In this document: positions 42,305 through 50,321 of the stretch, piece by piece
How positions within the stretch are numbered: the stretch's first letter is position 1
Layout of the letters: the number at the start of each line of letters is the position of its first letter
From: Nitrospirota bacterium
GTDB lineage: Bacteria > Nitrospirota > UBA9217
Direction: 5' to 3'
DNA: 64,000 nt
Assembly (NCBI GenBank): GCA_963840455.1
Contig: CAWIYV010000007.1
Coordinates: 509,022 to 573,021 of the forward strand
Program-made: the position numbers and the translations under genes
Notes under the pieces: model-generated
What the model saw: only the letters and a program-made list of their open reading frames with translations
Database searches by the model: none
What the model was told of the DNA's origin: nothing

Positions 42305-42720
42305 GTCACCACATCCACGGTTTCGCCAGCTGGAATTCGTGTTCTATTCGGCGGAAGAATTATACAGCCTTCGGAAGCGTCATTACGTGAATTGTTTCCA
42401 TGAGCTCGGAAACTGTCGCACTGACGTGGCATATCGTGACAATGATTCCCCTCCAAGGGAGTAAGAGGAATTGTGTTTCGACCAGTGTTAGGACTGTCAT
42501 ATGGAGAACCCCATTGCCAAGAGCCCTGCGGAATGGGTCCGGTATCTGGAACATCCTGCATATTGGGATTATTCCTGCCTTCACCAGTTCCGGAATAACC
42601 CTGCTCGTTATAATATTGTTCCCCCGTCTGATCGTTGACACAAGTCATTTGTCCCGTATTTTGGCAGTAGGTACACCGCAAACCGAGTAGATCTATATAC
42701 TTTAGTGGATTATTTAGCAC
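42298..42720 (-). pseudogene. 3' part of orphan RHS module with Tlde1/DUF2778-like toxin domain
   Basis: NNPLKYIDLLGL RHS end motif, then GYSG..GRNNP, GPIPQG.W, HG...ASEGC; separated from its 5' part by IS30. Confidence 0.82.
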
Positions 42721-43785
42721 CGCAAGTTCAATTGTGAAGTGCAACACTTGGGTAAGCAGGAAGGAATCTGCTATCCTAAGTGGCCATGTCAAAAACCTAT
42801 GTTCATCTTACCGAAACAGAGCGTGAGCTCATAGCATCAATGCATTGGGAGGGCAAAGGCCCTTCCGAGATTGCCCGGGTACTCAGCCGGGATAAGGGCA
42901 CGATCTCACGGGAGCTTATACGTAACGCTTCCCCGGAGTATAGCTGTTACACGCCCTGCCGGGCACAGAAACGATCAGATCAGAGGAAACTGACAGCCCG
43001 TCATGATAGGCCGCTGCTCAAGAGCAAAAAGATTCAGCAGTACGTCCGGCGAAAGCTTAAGATCAACTGGTCCCCGGAGATCATTGCTGGTTGTCTCAAG
43101 GAAGAGATTCCCGGCCTGTCGATCAGCCCTGAGGCGATCTACCAGTTTATCTATCACCGGGATACCCCAGATCGAGAGCACCTCATCTCCCAGCTCTGTC
43201 GCGCCTACCGGAAACGGCGCATCAAGGGAAAAGGGAGAAAAGTACGAAAAACCAAGATTCCCAATAGGGTTTCCATTGATGCCAGGCCAAAGTCGGTCGA
43301 TCAGCGAAAGCAATTTGGCCATTGGGAAAGCGATACGCTGGTCTCCCGCAAGAGTAAGTCTGCCTTGCACAGCATAATCGAGCGCAAGACCCGGATCCTC
43401 CGGCTTTCCAAGCTGGAACGCAAGACCGCTGCCGAAACCAATAAGGCGGTCGCTCGAGCGCTCAAGAAGTTGCCCGTGGAGGCAAAACGGACGCTTACCA
43501 TGGACAACGGCACTGAGAATGCCAGGCACGAGGAGTTGTCAGCTACGCTTGGCATCAAATGCTACTTTGCCCATCCCTATGCGGCATGGCAACGAGGATC
43601 GAATGAACAGATCAACGGCCTCATCCGACGCTACTTGCCAAAGGGTACTGACTTCAGTAAAATTGACAAAGAGCAAATAAAGAAAATCGAGAAGCTCATC
43701 AACAACCGACCCAGAAAGTGCCTAGGCTTCAAAACACCGTTGGAAGTTGCTCGCTCACTTGTTGCACTTCAGAGTTGAATGTGGC
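42721..43785 (+). mobile_element. IS30-family insertion sequence (1065 bp)
   Basis: 26-bp imperfect TIRs sharing ttcaa.t.tgaagtgcaaca; 3-bp target duplication CAC at 42718-42720 and 43786-43788. Confidence 0.92.
42786..43778 (+). CDS. IS30-family transposase
   Basis: HTH (TISREL.RN), WSPE, GHWESDT, DNG.E, WQRGSNE..NGLIRRYLPKGT, RPRKCLGF.TP. Confidence 0.95.
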   Translation: MSKTYVHLTETERELIASMHWEGKGPSEIARVLSRDKGTISRELIRNASPEYSCYTPCRAQKRSDQRKLTARHDRPLLKSKKIQQYVRRKLKINWSPEIIAGCLKEEIPGLSISPEAIYQFIYHRDTPDREHLISQLCRAYRKRRIKGKGRKVRKTKIPNRVSIDARPKSVDQRKQFGHWESDTLVSRKSKSALHSIIERKTRILRLSKLERKTAAETNKAVARALKKLPVEAKRTLTMDNGTENARHEELSATLGIKCYFAHPYAAWQRGSNEQINGLIRRYLPKGTDFSKIDKEQIKKIEKLINNRPRKCLGFKTPLEVARSLVALQS

Positions 43786-44055
43786 CACGTAAATATATAG
43801 GTGATTCTTTCCTTTCCTAATTCCTATCGGATCGGCCTCGATGTACCGGCCTCTCGCAGGATTATAGTCTCTTCGATAGTTATAATGCAGCCCCGTCTCC
43901 GCATCATAGTACTGTCCGGGGAAACGGAAATTGTTCGTGATCGTTGATACGGTGACAGTCGCTTCCCCGAACGGTTTATAGTCCGCAGCCCACACGACGG
44001 CCCCTGAAGCATCCGTCATCTTCTGCGGTGCCCCTAAATGATCGTTGTGGATCAT
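43786..44055 (-). pseudogene. 5' part of orphan RHS module (RHS-associated core)
   Basis: MIHNDHLGAPQ...RFPGQYYDAETGLHYNY.RDYNP..GRY...DPIG...LYIYV; joins 42717 in frame if the IS is removed. Confidence 0.88.
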
Positions 44056-44180
44056 CGCGTATTTCGAGTTCGTTCAGCGGAAGAAATTCCCAGCAGCGAC
44101 GAGCACTTCAAGGCTGCACCTGCTGGTACGACTCCTCGACGATTTGGCACCTTTTTTCAAAGAGCATAGGCGTACTTGAA
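44038..44180. repeat. RHS-junction conserved element, copy A
   Basis: Homologous to 40189-40331; same palindromic core at 44038-44055. Confidence 0.85.
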
Positions 44181-44338
44181 ACTCTCCCCGCCGTCAGGAG
44201 ATGACGCGGTGGAAGGCTCCGGCGGACTCGATGCCGGCTAGCGCGGCATAGAGCGATGATAGACTACAGATTTAAGTCTGCCCCTAAAGGTCTCTCGTTT
44301 CTTAGGTGACTCCAGCCTTTACCTAAGATGTCTTTCCC

Positions 44339-44638
44339 CTAGAGTTTCCCAATTAATAGAAAATAAGAATATATTCCAATCAATATTATAAAAACGATTG
44401 CAAACAACAAGAATCCTAGCGGTGAAAAAATATTTAGAATTCTTGATGCCTTTGATTTAAATTCATTGCCACACTTCGGACATTTAACTACATTGAAGTT
44501 CTTCAGCTCTTTCATCATATTATCTAGTGCGGGCATAGGCCACATCTGTTCTTCCCGGGGAAGCTTAGAAAAAACAAACGCCCGATTTTTTTCAGGATCA
44601 AAGGTATTGTTACAATTAGCACAGGATATTCTTTTCAC
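44339..44638 (-). CDS. putative immunity protein: two CxxC (zinc ribbon) plus C-terminal TM helix
   Basis: CANC, CPKC, hydrophobic C-terminus; starts 2 nt after the RHS stop; low GC. Confidence 0.7.
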   Translation of the reverse strand: MKRISCANCNNTFDPEKNRAFVFSKLPREEQMWPMPALDNMMKELKNFNVVKCPKCGNEFKSKASRILNIFSPLGFLLFAIVFIILIGIYSYFLLIGKL

Positions 44639-44640
44639 GC

Positions 44641-47600
44641 CTAATACCTCCTTTTACAATATCCGCCTCCACCCGATGCCTCGATTCCAGCACCTGGTAT
44701 TGCACCAGCCGCAGTAAGACTACCACTTCCGCTTAATCCTAAACCGAGACCGGGTTCAGGCAATTGAAAAGGATTCGGATAGATAGCGCCATACCATGAC
44801 CAACCAAGTATTGCATCTTCTGCTGCTCGATTATTGCATCCGAAAGCCAAGCCAACGGGAGTACCTATACTTCCTCCAAGCCCTCCGCCTATATACGTAC
44901 ATGTCATCGTAATTGTGAACGATACGTTTGGCTTTCCAATACATGTTACTCTCAGAGTAGAACTCTTGACGCCTATCACAAAAAAGAATCCACCGTACTC
45001 TACACCTTCATAATGATATTTGCCCGAAGGACACTGGTCGCAATCGGTACATAAGCCCCGCAAATCATATTTACTAGTTGGCGCATTAGCAGAGTATGTA
45101 TATATATTGATACCGCCATACAATCCTATAGGATCGGCCTCGATATACTTTCCGATGATTGGATTATAGTCTCTATAGTAATTGTGATTCAGATTAGTCT
45201 CAGCATCGAAGTACTGCCCTGGGAATCTCATGTTATTGGAGAGGGTATTAGTGGTGATGTTGACTTCACCGAAAGGTTTATAATCCGCTGCCCATACTAC
45301 TACACCGGAAGCATCCGTCATCTTCTGCGGGGTACCTAAATGATCGTTGTGGTAATAGTATGTGCTTGCCCCCTCCATCTTCGCCAGCGGCTGGCCATTC
45401 AAGTATACATATTCCGCGGTGACAGTTCCAGCGCTAGTCGACTCTGCAATGATCTGTCCGTTAAGGCTGTAATGGAAGATCGTCACCGTGCCGTTCACAT
45501 TCTTCTTCACCCGCTGGCCGTTGCCGTTGTATGAGTAGTTCGCGGTCATCGCTCCGTCTGCTACCTGGATCAGCCGCTGGTTCTGATTGTACGTATAGAT
45601 CCGTGCGCTTTGTGTCGTGGTGTTGCCGTTGTTGTCATAGCCAAATGAGATGCCGTTCGCGCTCGTGAGCTTGTTCGTATTCGGCGCGTAGGTGTAGGAA
45701 TTCCCATTCTCCGTCAGCCTGCTCCCTACCCCGTCATAGGTCCATCCCAGGCTGCCCCATATCCCGGAAGCAGTCCCTGTCGAGAGCCGGTCGAGAGCAT
45801 CGTAGGTGAACGACTTGTTCTTCGCGGGATCGAGCAGGTCCTGGATGGCCTGGATGTTGCCGTTGTTGTCATACGTTAGATAGCTCAGGCTCATGACAGC
45901 ACCGGCGGTGATGCCGGTGATGCGGTACTGGCTGTCGTAGCCTACCGTGCTGGAAAGGCCGTTGCCGTACGTGACGGTCGACATACCGCCGAAGGGCTTG
46001 TAAGCTATGTTCGTGGCCAGGTTGGCGGCGCCATTCAAGACTGATACTGCTCGGTCGTTGGTGTAGTTATAGGTGATGACCTTTCCCGACGGATAGGTCA
46101 TGGTCTTCATGTTGCCGTTCTGGTCGTAAGTGTACTGATTGATGTACGTATGGCTGTCGATGATCTTGGTTTCCTTTTTCACCTGGCCCTTGGGGGAGTA
46201 TTCGTAGCTCGTCGTGCCCGAGGCGTCGGCCATGCTGCAAAGCCGGCCCTTGCCGTTTACGCAGGTGTCGTAGGTGTAAATAGTATCAGTATCCCCCGGG
46301 AAGTCGATCTTCGTCAGCCGATTGAGCGCATCATAGACGTAAGAGATCGTGACACCCTTCGCATCGGTCTTGGTGATGAGGTTACCTGCCGGGTCGTAGG
46401 CATAGGTGGTCGTTCCGGTGTCCGGTGAGATGACCTGGTAGACCCTTCCCTTGTCGTCATAGACGTACGTAGTAGTATTGAGTATTCGCATCAGTGACCG
46501 AGGTCAAGTTGTTGTTTGAATTGTATCCGTAGCCGGTATTGATACTCCCCGGCTGGCTGACCGCGGTGAGCCTGTTCAACGCATCATAGGCGTAGTTCGT
46601 CGTGTTTCCCTTCGGGTCCTTGGCACTCTTCCTACTCCCCGATGCATAATAGGAGTATTCCGTATAGTTCGAATCAGGGTTCGTGATGTGATACAGCCGG
46701 TTCAAGGCGTCATAGCTAAAGCTTAGGCTCTTCTCGAGGCTGCCGGAGCTGTCCTTGATCTGCTCGGTGAGCTTGTTCCCTTCGGAGTCATAGGTGTAGT
46801 TGATCGTGTTGCCAAGGCTGTCGCTGATGGAGGTCAGGTTGCCCATACCATCGTCATAGTGGTAGGTGATCGTGTTTCCCTCCGGCAGGGTGATATGGTC
46901 GATCTTGCCATTACCGGTGCAGGAGGAGCCGCAGCTTCCTGCGACGTAGAAGTACTGCGTTGCGTTTATATCGCCCGGGGCTTTGACCGTGGCGACCCGG
47001 CCGTTCGTATCATACGTATATGTCGTGCTGTTCCCGTTCGGGTCGGTCACGGTCTGGGGATTGCCGAGGTTGTCGAAGTTCGAGTAGGTCGTCGCGCCGA
47101 TAAGCGGCTGGGTCATGGTCAAGAGGTAACCGGTCGCTGCATCGTAATTGTACGTGGTTACATCGGAGACGTCGGTCCGGGGGCCGTCCACAGTCGCGAG
47201 TTTGCCGTTGGCTCCGTATGTATAGGTGGTCGTGTAGGTGTAGGGGTTGCCGTTACCGAGAAGCCCGGTCTCGGTGGTTGTCAGAAGGTTTCCCTTTACA
47301 TCGTCGTAGGTGTTGGTGATGACGCGGTCCTCGGCCGGGTTTACGACACTCTGGACCGTCTCGAGTAAGGACGCCGTTGAAGACCGGATGATACGTATAG
47401 GTCGTGGTCTTTTCTACTACCGTTCCAAGGGCCTCGGTCTTGGTGAGCATATTGCCTTTGCCGTCGTAGGCGTAGGCCGTGGTCGTCGTGACGCCGGTCA
47501 CGATGTCCCTATGACCTTCCGCAAGTATCCAGGCATTGCCGTCCCTTATGTAGGTCGTAACATTCCCGAAGGTGTCGGTGACCTTGGCTGGCTGACCGAG

Positions 47601-48702
47601 GGTGTCGAATTCCACGGTCCGGGTCTGGGTCAGGGGGCCGTTCGGGCCGCCGACGATCGCTGTCGTCATTACGGTCTTCTTGTATTGGGTGACGTAATCG
47701 AAGGTGATGGTGCCGCTGCCGTGGGTCTGGCGGATCACCCGGCCCTGATGAGTCATAGGCATTGACGTACGCGCCGTTGCCTTCGTCGATGCTGGTGAGG
47801 AGATGTTTGTTGTTTGAGTCGGTGTAGTCATAGATTGAGTTCGTGCTCGGGCCGGCTGCAGATTTGAGATTACCGATGCCGTCGTGGGTGTAAGCTACCG
47901 TCCGGCCGGCGCTGTCTACGATGTCGGTGAGTCTGCCGGTTGAGCTATCGTAATGAAATAGGACGTAATGGTTAGTCAAGTTGCCTGCAGCGTCCTTTTC
48001 CTCTATCCTGCTCAGTCGGTAGTCATAGGCGACGATGAGCGGGGTGGTCTGGCTAATATTCGCCGGAAGAATGCCCCAGAGGGGGGAGCGGCTGTCGAGC
48101 TCATAGTACAGGGCAAGGGAGTTGCCATTGGTGTCTATCCGGGAGATCAGGCGCCCCCGGGTGTCATAGTAGTCCTTCTCACCGCTCTTATAGGCATAGG
48201 TAAGGCTGCCGTCTGCGTTCTGGACGAGGGTGCCGGTCTCGCCGATGGGGGTGATATAGTTGCCGCCGGCAACGGTAAAGCGACGCTTCCAGCCGCATTC
48301 TTTCCGAAGGGTGACGGAGCCATCCGGATAGGTGTAGATACGGCGATCATAGTTGATGGCCCAGCCGAAGCCCACCGGGCTGTCGTAGGCAGTACGGCTG
48401 TCGTAGCGTCGGCTGACGGAGATCGGGAAGAGGCTGCCGATGGTGAGATCGGTGTGCACATAGTTCTCGGCGCCAACAAAAAGGCTTATGGGCTTGCCAC
48501 CGATACCCGGGTTATTGCCGTGCATGTCAGGCGATGGGGCATCTGCGCAGGCACCAACGTCATCAGTCAAAAGACTCACGCCAGGACGCTGTACGCCACC
48601 CGAGCTATGCTGCGCATCGGATGGTGCAGCATCGGTGCGTGAAAGCTGCAACGCACCTAGAAGTAGGAATGAAATCGATGTAATTCTTATCAACCTGCGC
48701 AT
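44641..48702 (-). CDS. RHS/YD-repeat polymorphic toxin with signal peptide and DUF6531-like domain; three apparent +1 frameshifts
   Basis: ORF pieces 47509-48702, 47253-47831, 46457-47191 and 44641-46491 join after removing single bases near 47748, 47363 and 46483; YD repeats, RFPGQY, DLRGL cleavage motif. Confidence 0.88.
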
Positions 48703-48753
48703 GAAAGCCTCCGTCGGCTGTACTTGGGCAAATGTATCATTTTTGTTAGCTGC

Positions 48754-49491
48754 TCACTGCAGCGAAAACAGAGAAATACCGTAAGAACTACTGCTGAACC
48801 CCGGCCCAGATACGCCGCAGCTCCCTTGTCCGCAGGTAGGATCACCGCAGCAAAGATCGCCGCAGCAAGGATCGTCAGCACGACAATTGGATACAACATA
48901 TGTATCCACAAAAGAATCGCTAGAAGTACAGTTATTCACAATATTATGGCCATAAAGTCCACAGCCAGCCTCCGTGAGCAGATCAGGATTATGTTTATAT
49001 ACATACACTTCAGTACGGCCATCACAATAAATATCAACTACCTTGTGAAATCCCTCGTATAATGCACCACCACAATTAGCCGCCACGGGGTAATTTGTTA
49101 GATCGCATTTATTACAGGTGGAGCAAGTAGGACATGGAGCGGTCATTACATATGCGCCAGCGAGATAATACCTGTCTTGATACCTTTTTAATGTTTTGTC
49201 ATCACACTTCTTGCGGACCTCCACGGTAGTCGTTAAAGTATTCTGCAATATTATATTCTTGTAGCAAGAGCACGATTGGCCCGGCGGTGGCGCCTCGGCA
49301 TTGCATGCCGCCAAACGCTCGTTCACCTCATCCCAGGTGGAAGCGTGCGCGCTATTTACTGAAATGACGAAGAACAATGCCAGCATCGCCCCTGCAAAGA
49401 CAATCCGTCCGACGGTCTTCAGATTGTCCTCGCAAAGATTCCACGCCTGCTGCCCGAACAGCAATGATCCATCATGCTTACACCTCGCCAA
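48754..49491 (-). CDS. Cys-rich secreted hypothetical protein (start uncertain)
   Basis: Signal-like LALFFVISVNSAHA; about 20 Cys including DPCCGDLCCGDPTCG. Confidence 0.65.
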   Translation of the reverse strand: MARCKHDGSLLFGQQAWNLCEDNLKTVGRIVFAGAMLALFFVISVNSAHASTWDEVNERLAACNAEAPPPGQSCSCYKNIILQNTLTTTVEVRKKCDDKTLKRYQDRYYLAGAYVMTAPCPTCSTCNKCDLTNYPVAANCGGALYEGFHKVVDIYCDGRTEVYVYKHNPDLLTEAGCGLYGHNIVNNCTSSDSFVDTYVVSNCRADDPCCGDLCCGDPTCGQGSCGVSGPGFSSSSYGISLFSLQ

Positions 49492-49694
49492 GGAGAAGAT
49501 GCGCAGCTAGAACACCTGTCAATCCATCATCCGGCCAGCAGTTGTTCTCTCGTTCCACTAGCCGCCTTATTGATGATGATTGTGCGTTAACCTTTATCTT
49601 CCTATCCACCCGCAGTTCGCTGGCATATTGCATTGACCGCCGGCATTGCTGCAATTCGTTCGCAAAGACGTCCGGAGCACGTTCCGCAGGTCCG

Positions 49695-50321
49695 TCAATA
49701 GCTGACGTACACCAGACCCCGCCGTATTGCCTGTTTATTGTTGGCGTCCACGGCCCTGATCTTCACCGTATGATAGCCTTCTTCTCTCATCAGCAACGTC
49801 TTGCTTGTCGGATCGGAGCTGTCCAAACCCTTCCACTCCACTTCCTGCTGGACGTTGGCCTGCCGCATTGGATCGCCCTGCTGATCGGCGAACACCGTCG
49901 TTTCGACGCCGGAAGGAGAGGTGACCGTTACGGTCACCCGGTGCTCCTTCGATACGGTGTATCGGATACGAGCAGGCTGTCCGTATGACAGATGCATGGC
50001 ACGCGGGTCGATCTCGAGCTGGGTGATCTGGGGAGCATCGCCCGTTACAATGATGACATTGTCGTTCATGAGCCGCGCTGCCGAGCACCTGACAGAGCCG
50101 CCGCTCGAAAGGAACGCACCATTAGGCAGCCATCCATCCCAGGTGTACTGGTATGTTCCCGCGGCATAGGCTTTCTCGCTCACGATCGTTTGATACACAT
50201 TGTCTGAAGGCCCCGCAGAGACCGCGAAAAGATCGACCCGTACCGGTCGTGCAAGGGTAAGCGTCACGACCATGGGGTCGTTCGAGTAGGGATCAAACAG
50301 ATCGTTCAGGCAGCTGCTCAC
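49695..50321 (-). CDS. FlgD-Ig-like domain segment, probably the frameshifted C-terminus of the upstream surface protein
   Basis: AGTYQYTWDG and VEWKG...EGYHTV motifs; overlaps upstream ORF end. Confidence 0.65.
   Translation of the reverse strand: MSSCLNDLFDPYSNDPMVVTLTLARPVRVDLFAVSAGPSDNVYQTIVSEKAYAAGTYQYTWDGWLPNGAFLSSGGSVRCSAARLMNDNVIIVTGDAPQITQLEIDPRAMHLSYGQPARIRYTVSKEHRVTVTVTSPSGVETTVFADQQGDPMRQANVQQEVEWKGLDSSDPTSKTLLMREEGYHTVKIRAVDANNKQAIRRGLVYVSY

Noticed and set aside
44033-44060. Junction palindrome as a XerCD dif site
   Set aside because: The 6-bp spacer geometry fits but the arms do not resemble XerC/XerD consensus.
44144-44160. sigma54-like TGGCAC-N5-TTCA
   Set aside because: Lacks the -12 GC, and copy B degrades the -24 box.
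41686-44225. Inverted ggaaggctcc match between the two post-immunity spacers
   Set aside because: Only about 14 bp; could be chance.
43790-45352. RHS core duplication as a DGR template/variable repeat pair
   Set aside because: Differences are not adenine-specific and no reverse transcriptase is present.
46457-47831. Programmed frameshifting or phase variation in rhs
   Set aside because: Breaks are not at slippery heptamers or long homopolymers; single-base errors or decay are simpler.
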